Part shown: piece by piece, positions 25,402 to 35,799 of the stretch
Layout of the letters: every line of letters starts with the position of its first letter
Numbering within the stretch: the first letter of the stretch is position 1
NCBI GenBank assembly: GCA_937996795.1
Contig: CALKUH010000038.1
Coordinates: forward strand, 31,516-95,515
Reading direction: 5' to 3'
DNA: 64,000 bases
From: an uncultured Verrucomicrobiota bacterium
Lineage (GTDB): Bacteria; Verrucomicrobiota; Kiritimatiellia; CAIVKH01
Notes under the pieces: model-generated
The model's input: only the letters and a program-made list of their open reading frames with translations
Told to the model about the DNA's origin: nothing
The model's database searches: none
Translations under genes and position numbers: made by a program

Positions 25402-26993
25402 GGGCGTTCCTCCTTCGCGGGTGGCGCGACTTCATCCGGCGCGCCGAGTTGGAACTCGTACTCGAGTCCGTCCTGCACCGGACGCGCCCAGAGGTGCAGG
25501 GTTTTCAGCGGCGCGAGCGTGTCGATCCACGCCTTCGCATCGTTCAGGCGCTGGCGGGTCGCCTGCGAGGCGCGCGGGTCTTCAATGAGCAGTTTCAACG
25601 ACCAGGCCGTCACCGCGAGGCGCATGATCCTGGCGCCCTCCTCCAGGTCCATCCACAGGTACCCCAGCGCGTGCTGGTCGCGCATGCGCTGGATGCCCTG
25701 CGCCATCCGGCCGGGCTCCGCGGGCGGGGCCGACGCCGCCTCCGCGAGCAGTTTCTGCAAGGTTTCGAGGTTGCTGCTGAACACCACGCTGCGCGCGAAG
25801 GGGACATACGCGATGCGCTCTTTTTCCTCCAGGCCGGCATAGGTCGAGCGCCCGGTCGCTTCGATCGCATACACGCGCTGCGTATCGATGCGGATCGTCT
25901 GCGGCACGAGGCCCCATGGCGTCGCGGCATTGAGCCGGTCGAAGGCCTGGTGAAGCGCAAGCACGGCATGGCCGGCGTCGAGCGTGGGCACCGAGGCCAT
26001 CAGCGTCGGCAGGCGCACGGCCATGAAGCGCCCACTGTATTTCCCGCCGAGCAGCGCGAGCGCCACGGCCCCGGGCTCGTAGCTCTGCACATAGGCCGCC
26101 ACTTCGCGGCCCACCGGATTCGTGAACGCCTGCTGCAACCAGTGCGCCGCCAGCGCGCGATGCACGACAAGGCCGGCCGCGGGATGCGCGCGCACGAGGT
26201 CGGAAAATTCGTCCACGCTGCCCTGCGGCGGCGGCACCAGCAGTTGCGGCGGACGGCTCGGGCTGAAGACCGTGCCGGAGAGGCTGCCGGACGGGTACAG
26301 CTTCAGCGTGTAGCGCACCGGCGGCGCGCCGGGCGTGCGCACCCATCCGCGATCCGGCGCGTCCCGGGGCGGCGCCACCTGCAGGTCGGGGCGGTCGGCA
26401 AGGGACGGCAGGTGCCCGTCGTAGCACGCCAGCACATCCTCAATGCCCAGCGTGTCGGCGGCGATGCAGCCCACCAGCATCCCCTCGACGATGGAGAACG
26501 TGATGCGCTCGCCGTGCTTCATGCCCTTGGGCGTCCACACCCAGACGTGCCAGCCGTTGCGGCTCGAGGCGCGGCGCACATTCGGATCCTTCATCGACTT
26601 CAGCGTCCAGCGCAACCGCTGGCTGCCGCCGCCCAGCCACGCGCTGAACACCCAGGCCGGACGCCCCGTGATGCGCATCTCGGGCACATACGCGAGAAAG
26701 AGATCGTTCGCGGCCAGCGTATCCAGGAAGCGCTGCGTGTCCGGACTCACCGCCTGCTCGTCCCACTCCTCCGGGTCCGCGCCGAGGGCCAGCGCCACGC
26801 TCGTCGTCAGCGGATTCTTGCGCAGGGTCTCCCAGCGCCCGGCCAGGTCGTGATGCGCCGTCAGCCACGTCGCCTGGGCCGGAATCGCGCGATACAGGTC
26901 CTGCGGGCGGGCCGGCACATGGAACGCCCACCACACGGTGACCGCCACGGACGCCACGAGCAGCGTCCAGAAGATGAGCGGGCGACGCTTCAT
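25398..26993 (-). CDS. Hypothetical membrane-anchored protein (531 aa), unknown function.
   Basis: Start at MKRRPLIFWTLLVASVAVTVWW (N-terminal TM). It overlaps pyrD and pgpA by 4 nt each. The upstream 175 codons of the track ORF are rejected. Confidence 0.5.
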   Translation of the reverse strand: MKRRPLIFWTLLVASVAVTVWWAFHVPARPQDLYRAIPAQATWLTAHHDLAGRWETLRKNPLTTSVALALGADPEEWDEQAVSPDTQRFLDTLAANDLFLAYVPEMRITGRPAWVFSAWLGGGSQRLRWTLKSMKDPNVRRASSRNGWHVWVWTPKGMKHGERITFSIVEGMLVGCIAADTLGIEDVLACYDGHLPSLADRPDLQVAPPRDAPDRGWVRTPGAPPVRYTLKLYPSGSLSGTVFSPSRPPQLLVPPPQGSVDEFSDLVRAHPAAGLVVHRALAAHWLQQAFTNPVGREVAAYVQSYEPGAVALALLGGKYSGRFMAVRLPTLMASVPTLDAGHAVLALHQAFDRLNAATPWGLVPQTIRIDTQRVYAIEATGRSTYAGLEEKERIAYVPFARSVVFSSNLETLQKLLAEAASAPPAEPGRMAQGIQRMRDQHALGYLWMDLEEGARIMRLAVTAWSLKLLIEDPRASQATRQRLNDAKAWIDTLAPLKTLHLWARPVQDGLEYEFQLGAPDEVAPPAKEERP

Positions 26994-27919
26994 GCCTTCA
27001 GCGTGCCCACCCAATGTGAAAGGGACGACAGGCCTTCGCGTGCCATGAAGTCGCGGATGCCCTGCGCCACGCGCAGCGCCGTATCCGGCGTGGTGAAACT
27101 CGCGGTGCCGACGGCCACGGCGCTCGCGCCGACCATCAGGAACTCCAGCGCGTCCTCCGCCGTGGTGATGCCGCCCATGCCGACGACCGGAATCTTGACG
27201 GCTTTCGCCGCGAGCCAGACGAGGCGCAGCGCGATGGGTTTGATCGCCGGCCCGGTCAGCCCGCCGGTCTTGTTCGCCAGCACCGGCTTGCGCGTCTTCA
27301 GGTCCACGCCCATCGCGGGAAACGAATTGATGAGCGAAATCGCGTCCGCCCCGCAGGCCTCGGCGCAGCGCGCATACTCCGCAATGTCGCTGACGTTCGG
27401 CGCGAGCTTCGGCATCAGCGGCAGCTTCGTCGCCTTGCGGATTTCCTTCACGACGCGCTCGAACATCCGGATGTCCGTTCCGAACAGCGCGCTGCCTTCC
27501 TTGATGTTCGGGCACGAGACGTTCACCTCAAGGCCCGCGATGCCCGGCACCGCGTCGAACCGCGCCGCGACCTCGGCGTATTCCTCCACCGTCTTGCCCC
27601 AGATGTTCACGATCACCGGCACATCGTAGTTGCGGAGGAACGGCATGTACTCGCTCACGAAGCCGTCCACCCCGGGGCCCGGCAGGCCAATCGCGTTGAG
27701 CAGCCCGCTGGCGACCTCCGCCGTGCGCGGCGTCGGATTGCCTTTCGTCGGATTCAGGCAAATCCCCTTCACCACGATCGCGCCCAGCTGGTTCAGGTCC
27801 ACCAACTCGGCATACTCCGGGCCATACCCGAACGTGCCCGACGCGGTCATCACCGGATTCTTCATCCGGATGCCGCCGATGTTTACGGAGACGTCGGGGT
27901 TCACGCGAGTTCCTCCCAT
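26990..27919 (-). CDS. pyrD: Dihydroorotate dehydrogenase, class 1B catalytic subunit.
   Basis: …NPVMTASGTFGYG…GNPTPRTAEV…LPGPG… Start at MGGTRVNPD (ATG 27919), overlapping pyrK. Confidence 0.85.
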   Translation of the reverse strand: MGGTRVNPDVSVNIGGIRMKNPVMTASGTFGYGPEYAELVDLNQLGAIVVKGICLNPTKGNPTPRTAEVASGLLNAIGLPGPGVDGFVSEYMPFLRNYDVPVIVNIWGKTVEEYAEVAARFDAVPGIAGLEVNVSCPNIKEGSALFGTDIRMFERVVKEIRKATKLPLMPKLAPNVSDIAEYARCAEACGADAISLINSFPAMGVDLKTRKPVLANKTGGLTGPAIKPIALRLVWLAAKAVKIPVVGMGGITTAEDALEFLMVGASAVAVGTASFTTPDTALRVAQGIRDFMAREGLSSLSHWVGTLKA

Positions 27920-28689
27920 ACGACATCGCGGGCGTCGAAGACCGGGCCTTCGCGGCAGGCGCGGGCCCAGGTCCATCCGTCGCCGTCCTTCACCTTCAAA
28001 ACGCAGGTCAGGCAGGCGCCGACGCCGCAGCCCATGTTGTTGTCCATCGACGTCCACGCGGGCCACCCCTGCTGCAGCGCGCGCGCCGCCACGGCCTTGA
28101 GCATGCCGCCGGGGCCGCAGACAAAAAGTTCCGGGGCGCGCCCCGCGCCCTCGGCCTTCCACCACGCATCCAGCGCATCGGTCACGATGCCGCGGCGGCC
28201 GAGGCTGCCGTCCTCCGTCGTCACATGCACGGTCCAGCCCAGCGCCTCGAAATCCGACACGCACAGGATGTCCTTCGCCGCGCGTCCGCCGAAGAACGCG
28301 ACGCCTTTCACCGGCGACGTGCGCGCGGTGAGGTAGAGCGCGGCCATGCCGTAGCCGCCGGCGACGATGACCGGATAGCGCCCGGTTTGGGGCGCGGGAA
28401 ATCCGTGGCCCAGCGGGCCGAGGATGCTGAGCGACTCGCCGGCCTTCAGATACCGCAGCGTGTGGGTGCCCTTGCCCACGTCCTTGTAGAGGATCGCCAG
28501 CGTGTCGCCGTCCGCGCGGAATACGCTGAACGGGCGGCGCAGGACGCACTCCTCCAGATGCGGCACTTTGACATGGATGAACTGGCCGGGCTTCACCTTC
28601 GGCGCAACGGCCGGCGCGCGCATGTGCAAGAGGTTGTAGCCGCCCTGGATGGGCTGATGATCGATGACGATGGCGTGTTCGAGATTCAT
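27901..28689 (-). CDS. pyrK: Dihydroorotate dehydrogenase electron-transfer subunit (FAD/NAD-binding, [2Fe-2S]).
   Basis: RRPFS…YK…GKGT flavin motifs and a C-terminal CGVGACLTC cluster. Confidence 0.8.
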   Translation of the reverse strand: MNLEHAIVIDHQPIQGGYNLLHMRAPAVAPKVKPGQFIHVKVPHLEECVLRRPFSVFRADGDTLAILYKDVGKGTHTLRYLKAGESLSILGPLGHGFPAPQTGRYPVIVAGGYGMAALYLTARTSPVKGVAFFGGRAAKDILCVSDFEALGWTVHVTTEDGSLGRRGIVTDALDAWWKAEGAGRAPELFVCGPGGMLKAVAARALQQGWPAWTSMDNNMGCGVGACLTCVLKVKDGDGWTWARACREGPVFDARDVVWEELA

Positions 28690-28766
28690 GCGAATAAGGG
28701 GCGCAATCTCGCCTGTTTATCGCGCGGGGTCAAGCGGGCTCCGTGCGGACGAAAGGGCTTCCGGGG

Positions 28767-29711
28767 TCAGCGGAAATGCTCATAGCCCTTGATCGACAGC
28801 CGCTGGTCCGGCGCGCCGGGCATGCGCAGGCGGATGAGGCCGGGGTGCGGCGTGATCGCGCCGATCGGCGTCACCGGCGTCGTGAATGCGCGGCGCCAGG
28901 CCCGGAGGAACGCGGGCACGGCGCCGCGGGGCACGGTGAACAGCAGTTCGAAATCCTCGCCATCGCGCAGCGCGTGTTCAACCGCCGTGAGGCCGTCGTT
29001 CATCGCGCGCGCGGCGGGCGTGACGGGGATGCGATGCGGGTCGAGGTCCGCGCCGACACCGGACGCCGTCGCGAGGTGGCGCAGGTCCGTGGCGAGCCCG
29101 TCGCTGAGGTCGATCATCGCGCGCGCCCAGCGCCCGGCGCGCAGCCACGCGCCCTCGGCCAGGCGCGGCGTAAACCGCAGGTGCCGCCCGCGCAGGCTGC
29201 CGCCCAAGGCGCCGGTCACCATCAGGACGTCGCCGGGCCGCGCGCCGCTGCGCAGGATCGCGCGTCCGCGGGGGACGTCGCCAATGCCGAAGAGGTGCAG
29301 CGCGAGTTGATCCGCCCGCACCGTCTCGCCGCCGACGATGGATACCCCGTGCGGTTCGGCGAGGCGGCGCATGCCGCGGTAGAGCGCGCGCAGTCGCGCA
29401 ACCGGCGTATGCGGCGGAGCGGCGAGGCTGACGAGCAGGTGGCGCGGCGCGGCGCCCATCGCGGCGAAGTCGCTGAACACGCGGCCCAGCGCCTTGTGGC
29501 CCACCCGCGCGGGCGGAGCGTCCGGCAGGAAGTGAACGCCCTCGACCACGGCGTCGCACTTGAGCACCATGTCCGTCGAGCGCGAGCCGCGCACGACCGC
29601 CGCGTCGTCGCCCGGCCCCACTAAGACGTCCCGCGCCGCCACGCCGCCCGGCGCGAGCATGCGAATCAGCGCCCGTTCCCCGAGTTCCGCCAGCGTGGAG
29701 TTCGCGTTCAT
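28767..29711 (-). CDS. thiL: Thiamine-monophosphate kinase.
   Basis: AIR-synthase-related fold, GPGDDAAVV…[11 protein letters not shown]. Confidence 0.8.
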   Translation of the reverse strand: MNANSTLAELGERALIRMLAPGGVAARDVLVGPGDDAAVVRGSRSTDMVLKCDAVVEGVHFLPDAPPARVGHKALGRVFSDFAAMGAAPRHLLVSLAAPPHTPVARLRALYRGMRRLAEPHGVSIVGGETVRADQLALHLFGIGDVPRGRAILRSGARPGDVLMVTGALGGSLRGRHLRFTPRLAEGAWLRAGRWARAMIDLSDGLATDLRHLATASGVGADLDPHRIPVTPAARAMNDGLTAVEHALRDGEDFELLFTVPRGAVPAFLRAWRRAFTTPVTPIGAITPHPGLIRLRMPGAPDQRLSIKGYEHFR

Positions 29712-30613
29712 GAAATACTCAGCAGGATCGCCGTGGTGATCGCATTAAAAATCGCGTGCATCGCGACCGGCACGGTCAGCGACCCGGTGTACACATACGC
29801 CGCGCCCAGCGCCATCGACAGGCCGAACAGCGTGACGAAGGACGGCAGGTGGCCGTGGATGATGGCGAACAGGAACGACGTCACGAGCAGGCCCGCCCAC
29901 ACGCCATAGCGGCGGGCCAGCACGGGCAGCAGCAGGCCGCGAAAAATGATCTCCTCGAACAGCGGCGCCAGCCCCACGGCGAGCGCAAGGAAGTAGGCGC
30001 GCATCCACCGGTTCTTTTCATCGGCGATGGCGAAGGCGACTTCCTGCAGCGAGGGCTGGTGGCCGACGAGTTGCAGGAACAGGTGGAACAGCACCGTCGC
30101 CAGCAGCAGCGCGGGCAGGACGCCCAGGAGCGCGACAAGTCCCTTCACCACGTCGAGCGGGGCCGCGAACAGGTCCATGCCGAACGCATCGCGCCACGCG
30201 CGGCGCCGACGCCACAGCAGGAGCGCGACCGCGACAAGTCCGAGCCCGTGGAATACGAGGCTCTGCAACAGGACCAGGCGCGACGCCGCCTCCATCCCCC
30301 ATCCCTCCGTCAGGCGGAGCCAGGCGCCGCGCGCAAACGCCGCGGCCAGGAAACCGGACAGCAGCACGATGAGGAGAATCCGCACATCGTGGCCGTCCCA
30401 CGGCCAGCCGAGCAGGCGGTTCACCGCATGGCGCATCGGCGGCGGGCGGCGCATCCAGCGCACGACGAACACCACGTTGATGATGAGCCCGAGCAGGACG
30501 AGCACGCCGTAGACGGACCCGATCAGCGCGGCGCGCTGGAGCAAATCGTATTCAAGGGAGGAGAATCCGCCGATCTCGGCCTGGGCGAGCGTCAGCATGG
30601 CGGACGACGTCAC
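29708..30613 (-). CDS. CPBP-family intramembrane metalloprotease (CAAX protease/Abi).
   Basis: EEIIFRGLL…FAIIHG motifs, 7-8 TM segments. Confidence 0.75.
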   Translation of the reverse strand: MTSSAMLTLAQAEIGGFSSLEYDLLQRAALIGSVYGVLVLLGLIINVVFVVRWMRRPPPMRHAVNRLLGWPWDGHDVRILLIVLLSGFLAAAFARGAWLRLTEGWGMEAASRLVLLQSLVFHGLGLVAVALLLWRRRRAWRDAFGMDLFAAPLDVVKGLVALLGVLPALLLATVLFHLFLQLVGHQPSLQEVAFAIADEKNRWMRAYFLALAVGLAPLFEEIIFRGLLLPVLARRYGVWAGLLVTSFLFAIIHGHLPSFVTLFGLSMALGAAYVYTGSLTVPVAMHAIFNAITTAILLSIS

Positions 30614-31599
30614 GCGCCGGGCGATTCCGCCGTCTCGCGGATGACGTAGATGGGTTTCTGCTGCGATTCGTGATAGGTCCGGATCTGCATTTCGGCGAGC
30701 AGGCCCATGCTGATGAACTGCATGCAGAACGCCATCATCATCAGCGGCGTGATCACCCAGAAGGGGCGTTTCAACAAGTGCGGGTCCGCGAGCAGGAACA
30801 CGCGATCAACCAGCAGCGCGCCGAGCATCAGCGCGGCCACCGCGCCGCACGCGAGGCCGATGCGGCCGAAGACCTGGATCGGGCGCGTGCTGTAGTGCAG
30901 GAGAAACTTCACCGTCAGCAGGTCCAGCACCACGCGGAACGTGCGCGAAATGCCGTACTTCGATTTGCCGAACTGGCGCGCGTGGTGCGTCACCACCACT
31001 TCGTCAATGCGGCCGCCCACCCAGCTCGCGAGCGCGGGGATGAACCGGTGCATCTCGCCATAGAGGTGGACATTCTGGATCACCTCGCGGCGGTAGGCTT
31101 TGAGCGTGCAGCCGTAGTCGTGCAGCGCCACGCCGGTCATTTTGCTGATCAGGCCGTTCGCGATGATCGACGGCAGGCGGCGGTTGATGAAGGTGTCCTT
31201 GCGGTCCTTGCGCCAGCCGCTGACGACGTCGAATCCGGCGTCGATGCGTTCGAGCAATTTCGGGATGTCGGCCGGGTCGTTCTGCAAATCCGCGTCGAGC
31301 GTCACCACGACGTCCCCGCGCGCGGCGTGGAATCCCGCGCTCATCGCGGCGGTCTGCCCGAAATTGCGGCGGAACCGGAGCGCGCGCAAATGCGGGATCT
31401 TCCGCGTATTCGCCACCAGCAGCTCCCACGTGCGGTCCGAGCTGCCGTCGTCCACGAGCAGGATTTCGTAGGAGCGTCCCAGGCGAGACAGCGAGGCGTG
31501 CAGCTTCTCACACAGGAGATCGACGCTCTCCTCCTCGTTGTACACGGGAATCACAACGGACACGGCGGGCGCTGGCGTGCTGGATGACATGCCGGGCAT
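30610..31599 (-). CDS. GT2-family polyprenol-phosphate glycosyltransferase (DPM1/ArnC-like) with C-terminal TM helices.
   Basis: VSVVIPVYNEE…LVDDGSSD…DAD motifs. Start at MPGMSSS. The track ORF upstream is rejected. Confidence 0.8.
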   Translation of the reverse strand: MPGMSSSTPAPAVSVVIPVYNEEESVDLLCEKLHASLSRLGRSYEILLVDDGSSDRTWELLVANTRKIPHLRALRFRRNFGQTAAMSAGFHAARGDVVVTLDADLQNDPADIPKLLERIDAGFDVVSGWRKDRKDTFINRRLPSIIANGLISKMTGVALHDYGCTLKAYRREVIQNVHLYGEMHRFIPALASWVGGRIDEVVVTHHARQFGKSKYGISRTFRVVLDLLTVKFLLHYSTRPIQVFGRIGLACGAVAALMLGALLVDRVFLLADPHLLKRPFWVITPLMMMAFCMQFISMGLLAEMQIRTYHESQQKPIYVIRETAESPGA

Positions 31600-31658
31600 A
31601 ATGCGTTGGGCGGCAACGGGAGGCAATACGGGAATGGCGCGGCGACGCCGCGCGGCGG

Positions 31659-32330
31659 TTATTCGCCCAGCAGGTCCGGCCGGCGCGCCGTGGTGCGCAG
31701 GCGGGACTGTTCCGCGCGCCAGCGGGCGATTTCCTCGTGGTTGCCGTTCAGCAGGACGGCGGGCACGGACATGCCGCGGAATTCGGCGGGCCGCGTATAC
31801 TGCGGGCCTTCCAGCGCGGGGCTCGTGAAGGACTCCTGTTCCGTCGCGCCCTCGCCGCCCAGCACGCCGGGCAGCAGGCGGACCACCGCGTCGATGACGA
31901 CCGCCGCGGGCAGCACGCCATTGGTCAGGACATAGTCGCCGATGGACAGCTCGTCCGTCACCAGCGCCTCGCGCACGCGTTCGTCCACGCCCTCGTAGTG
32001 GCCGCAGATGAAAATGAGATGCGCGGCGGCGGTCAACTCGCGGGCCACGGACTGGCGGAAGACACGCCCCTGCGGGCACATCAGGATGACGCGGCTGTCG
32101 GGCGTGCGGATCGATTCGACCGCGGCAAACAGGGGTTCGGGCTTCATCACCATGCCGGGCCCGCCGCCGAAGGGACGGTCGTCCGTCGTCTGGTGCTTGT
32201 CGGTGGCGAAGTCGCGGAGGTTGACGGTGCGCAGGTCCAGCGCGCCTTTTTGGATCGCCCGCTTCATCATGCTGGCGCGGAGGAATCCGTCCAGCATCTC
32301 GGGGAAAATCGTGATTACGTCAATGCGCAC
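31659..32330 (-). CDS. trmD: tRNA (guanine37-N1)-methyltransferase.
   Basis: (M)[11 protein letters not shown]…GGGPGMVM… GTG start. Confidence 0.9.
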   Translation of the reverse strand: MRIDVITIFPEMLDGFLRASMMKRAIQKGALDLRTVNLRDFATDKHQTTDDRPFGGGPGMVMKPEPLFAAVESIRTPDSRVILMCPQGRVFRQSVARELTAAAHLIFICGHYEGVDERVREALVTDELSIGDYVLTNGVLPAAVVIDAVVRLLPGVLGGEGATEQESFTSPALEGPQYTRPAEFRGMSVPAVLLNGNHEEIARWRAEQSRLRTTARRPDLLGE

Positions 32331-32417
32331 AGGTCCGTCCTCGTCCTTGTCGTCGTCCTCGCCCTCGACAACCGGATCACGAGGAGGAGAACGAGGACGA
32401 CGACGGGGACGAATGGC

Positions 32418-32648
32418 TTATTCGATGACTTCCAGCACCGCGCGCCGGTTGTCCTTCGCCGCGATGGCGCTGACGAGGGCGCGCAGGGACTGGATGACCT
32501 TGCCGTTCTTGCCGATCACCTTGCCGACGTCCTCGGCATGGCACCGGATCTCCATCAACACCGTGCGCTCGCCCTCCAGGGAGGTGATGCGCAGGTCGCC
32601 GGGGTGATCAATGAACCAGCGCAGCGTCTCGGTCACAAAGGATTTCAT
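32418..32648 (-). CDS. KH-domain RNA-binding protein (YlqC-like).
   Basis: VIGKNGKVIQSLRAL GXXG loop. Conserved position downstream of rpsP. Confidence 0.65.
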   Translation of the reverse strand: MKSFVTETLRWFIDHPGDLRITSLEGERTVLMEIRCHAEDVGKVIGKNGKVIQSLRALVSAIAAKDNRRAVLEVIE

Positions 32649-32665
32649 GACACGTGGCGAACCGC

Positions 32666-32929
32666 TCAGGTCGCGGCCGCGGCGGCGGGCTTCGCCTTGC
32701 GCTGGGTGCGAACCAAGGCCGCCACCGAATCCGTCAACTGGGCGCCGTTCTTCACCCACTGGTCGATGCGGTCGAGCTTCAGTTCGAGATTGTTTTTCGT
32801 CAGCTTGGGATCGTACCAGCCGACGTTTTCAAGATAACGGCCGTTGAGCTTGCGCTTAATGTCCGAAACCACAATGCGGTAGAAGGGCTTCTTGTTGTTG
32901 CCCATGCGCACCATACGAATTTTGACCAT
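32666..32929 (-). CDS. rpsP: 30S ribosomal protein S16.
   Basis: MVKIRMVRMGNNKKPFYRIVV…. Confidence 0.9.
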   Translation of the reverse strand: MVKIRMVRMGNNKKPFYRIVVSDIKRKLNGRYLENVGWYDPKLTKNNLELKLDRIDQWVKNGAQLTDSVAALVRTQRKAKPAAAAAT

Positions 32930-32968
32930 GCTTCCTCCGTGCTCCCGAAATAAGCGGACGGTGATACC

Positions 32969-34303
32969 CTAACGCCCGAAGCGCAGCAACTTTTTTCGCT
33001 GCTTTTTCATCTTCTTCGTCATGTCCCGGGCCATCTCGAACCGCTTGATCAGCTCGTTAACATCCCGCACCTGGGTGCCGCTACCGGCCGCGATCCGGCG
33101 GCGGCGGCTCGCGTTCAGGAGGCCGGGCTGACGCCGCTCAGCCTGCGTCATGCTCTGGATGATCGCCTCCGTCCGCTTCATCTCACGCCCGGCATCCTTG
33201 CCGAAATTGTCCCGCACGTGCTGCGGCAGGTTCGAGGCGCCGGGCATCATTTCCAACAGGCTGTCCAGCGAGCCCAGCTTCTTGACCGCGCGGAGCTGGT
33301 CGAGGAAGTCGGCGAGCGTAAACTCATCGGAGAGAAGCTTTTCCTGCATTTCCATCGCCGACTTCTCGTCGATGGCTGACTGGGCTTTTTCCACCAGCGA
33401 CACGATGTCGCCCATGCCGAGGATGCGGGACGCCATCCGGTCGGGGTGGAAGACCTCCAGGTCCTCGGGCCGCTCGCCCACGCCGACCAGCAGGACCGGG
33501 CAGCCCGTAACGTGCTGGACCGACAGCGCCGCGCCGCCGCGCGCATCGCCGTCCAATTTCGTCAGGATCAGGCCCGTGATGCCCAGCTCCTTGTGGAACG
33601 TCTCCGCGACGTGCACGGACTCCTGGCCAATGGCGGCGTCGAGGACGAGGATGACGTTGGCCGGGTTGACCGCTGCCTTCAGGTCCTTGAGTTCCGCGAC
33701 CAGCTCCGTATCGATCTGGAAGCGGCCGCCGGTGTCGAACACCACCACGTCGATCTTGTTCGCCCGGGCATGCTCCAGCGCGCGGGCGCCGATCTGCGGG
33801 ACCGTCTCGCCGGGATTCGGCGTGAGGATGCCCACGCCGACCTGGTTGGCCAGGATGCGGAGCTGGTCCACGGCGGCGGGGCGCCGGATGTCGCACGCCG
33901 CGAGCAGGACACTGCGCCCGCTCTTCTTCCAGCGCGCGGCGAGCTTCGCCGTCGTCGTGGTTTTGCCCGAGCCGTGCAGGCCGATCATCATCACCGTCGC
34001 CGGCCCGCCGGAGAGATCGAACTCGCGCGTGGCGCCGCCGAGCAGCGCGGCCAGTTCGTCGTGTACATGCTTGATGAACTGCTGGCCGGGCGACACGCTG
34101 TCCAGCACATCGGCACCCATCGCCTTCTCGCGGACCCGGGCGATGAACTCCTTCACCACCGTGAAGTTCACGTCCGCCTCGAGCAGCGCCAGCCGGACCT
34201 CGCGCAGGGCGTCCTGGATGTTCTTTTCGCTCAGCTTGCCGTAGCCGCGCAGGTCGCGGAACACCTTCTGGAACGCGCCGGAGAGTTTTTCAAAGAGAGG
34301 CAT
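32969..34303 (-). CDS. ffh: Signal recognition particle protein.
   Basis: NG domain (GLHGSGKTTT, DTGGR) and a Met-rich M domain. Confidence 0.9.
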   Translation of the reverse strand: MPLFEKLSGAFQKVFRDLRGYGKLSEKNIQDALREVRLALLEADVNFTVVKEFIARVREKAMGADVLDSVSPGQQFIKHVHDELAALLGGATREFDLSGGPATVMMIGLHGSGKTTTTAKLAARWKKSGRSVLLAACDIRRPAAVDQLRILANQVGVGILTPNPGETVPQIGARALEHARANKIDVVVFDTGGRFQIDTELVAELKDLKAAVNPANVILVLDAAIGQESVHVAETFHKELGITGLILTKLDGDARGGAALSVQHVTGCPVLLVGVGERPEDLEVFHPDRMASRILGMGDIVSLVEKAQSAIDEKSAMEMQEKLLSDEFTLADFLDQLRAVKKLGSLDSLLEMMPGASNLPQHVRDNFGKDAGREMKRTEAIIQSMTQAERRQPGLLNASRRRRIAAGSGTQVRDVNELIKRFEMARDMTKKMKKQRKKLLRFGR

Positions 34304-34344
34304 GGGGGATTGCGGATTTGGATTGCGAATTGCGGATTGCGGAT

Positions 34345-34887
34345 TTAGTGGGCGTGGTCTTCGGGGTTCGATGGTGGATGTTCAGCGTTCGATGTTCCCT
34401 CTTCGCCGTTCACCGCCGGGGGCTCCGCGTTCGTCGACGTTTCCGTGCCAAAGATCGGGACAGCGGGCTGGTAGTACGGCGGCGGCGCATCGGCATCGCG
34501 GATCAGCCCGCGGCCCTGGCACCGGCGACACCAGCGCCAACCCGCGCCCTCTTCGTCCTCGACGCGGCCAAACCCGACGCAGGCCGGGCACAGGACATCG
34601 TGTGAATCCACGCGGCGAATTTGATGAACCCCGAGTCCGAAGCAGGCATCGCACAACCGAAGCCGCTTGAACCCCTCGCCGTCGACCGTGGACATCAACC
34701 CGTTGCCCTTGCATTCGTCGCATTTGATGCGCTCGATCGCAAACGGCAGGAACCGGTGCTGGTTCTTCGACACCCAGAACATCTGGCCGATCAGCACCGC
34801 GCCACACGCCGCCAGCACCGCCGCCCCGTACGCGGTGCGCCAGGGTTTCGTCTGCTCTTTTCGCCGTCGTCGCGGCAGCGGGATCAT
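34345..34887 (-). CDS. Membrane-anchored protein with four DnaJ-type CxxCxGxG zinc-finger repeats.
   Basis: N-terminal TM, then CDECKGNG, CDACFGLG, CPACVGFG, CRRCQGRG. Confidence 0.5.
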   Translation of the reverse strand: MIPLPRRRRKEQTKPWRTAYGAAVLAACGAVLIGQMFWVSKNQHRFLPFAIERIKCDECKGNGLMSTVDGEGFKRLRLCDACFGLGVHQIRRVDSHDVLCPACVGFGRVEDEEGAGWRWCRRCQGRGLIRDADAPPPYYQPAVPIFGTETSTNAEPPAVNGEEGTSNAEHPPSNPEDHAH

Positions 34888-35762
34888 GCGGGTTTCTGCG
34901 CCTCCACCATGCGTTCGTGCCCGGCGATGTCCCGATGCGCGGCCACGGACACGAACCCGTGATCCTCCAGCAAGCGACGGACCGCCGGGCCCTGTTCATT
35001 GCCGATTTCCATCCACAGCATACCACCCGGCGCGAGCGCGACAACCGATTGTGCAATCAATCGGCGGATCACCGCCAGCCCGTCCCCGCCGCCCACCAGC
35101 GCCAGCCGCGGCTCGTGGTCGCGCACCTCCGTCTCCAGCCCCGCCCACACCGGCTCGGCGATGTAGGGCGGATTGGAGACGACCGCGTGCAGCGCGCCGG
35201 GCGCAAACCCGTCCAGCAAATCCGCCTGCCGCCACACGATGCGATCCTCCACCGACCAGCGCCGCGCATTCGCCCGCGCGAGCGCCAGCGCATCGGGCGA
35301 GCAGTCGACCGCCGTCACGTGGGCGGACGGACGCTCCAGCGCGAGCGTCACCGCGATGCATCCCGTCCCCGTGCCGACATCCGCCAGCCGGGGCGCGGCT
35401 TGGTCCCGGATGCGCGCATCCGCCAGCACCCGCTCGACCAGTTCCTCCGTCTCGGGCCGCGGAATCAGCGCGCGCGGATCGCAGTGGAACGGGCGACCCA
35501 TAAAGTCGGTCTCACCGAGGATGTATTGCAGGGGTTCCCCCGCCGCCGCGCGCCGCACCCAGACATCCAGCCGTTCGCGCGCCGACGCCGGCGCCTCGTC
35601 GCCCCCCCGCACCAGCACCTCCATGCGGCCAATCCCCAGCGCCCCCGCCACCAGCCACTCCGCCTTCACCCGCGCCTCCTCACGCCCCGCCTCCAGCAGC
35701 GCAGATTCCACGGCGGCCAGTAAATCGTTGAGTCTATTCGGCATATCCGACGGATCCGTCAC
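34884..35762 (-). CDS. prmC: Release-factor glutamine N5-methyltransferase.
   Basis: NPPY motif, GTGTGCIA SAM-binding motif. Overlaps the adjacent gene. Confidence 0.85.
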   Translation of the reverse strand: MTDPSDMPNRLNDLLAAVESALLEAGREEARVKAEWLVAGALGIGRMEVLVRGGDEAPASARERLDVWVRRAAAGEPLQYILGETDFMGRPFHCDPRALIPRPETEELVERVLADARIRDQAAPRLADVGTGTGCIAVTLALERPSAHVTAVDCSPDALALARANARRWSVEDRIVWRQADLLDGFAPGALHAVVSNPPYIAEPVWAGLETEVRDHEPRLALVGGGDGLAVIRRLIAQSVVALAPGGMLWMEIGNEQGPAVRRLLEDHGFVSVAAHRDIAGHERMVEAQKPA

Positions 35763-35799
35763 GGACCATGTGGCGCTGACCTGAATTCCCCGCCCCGCC

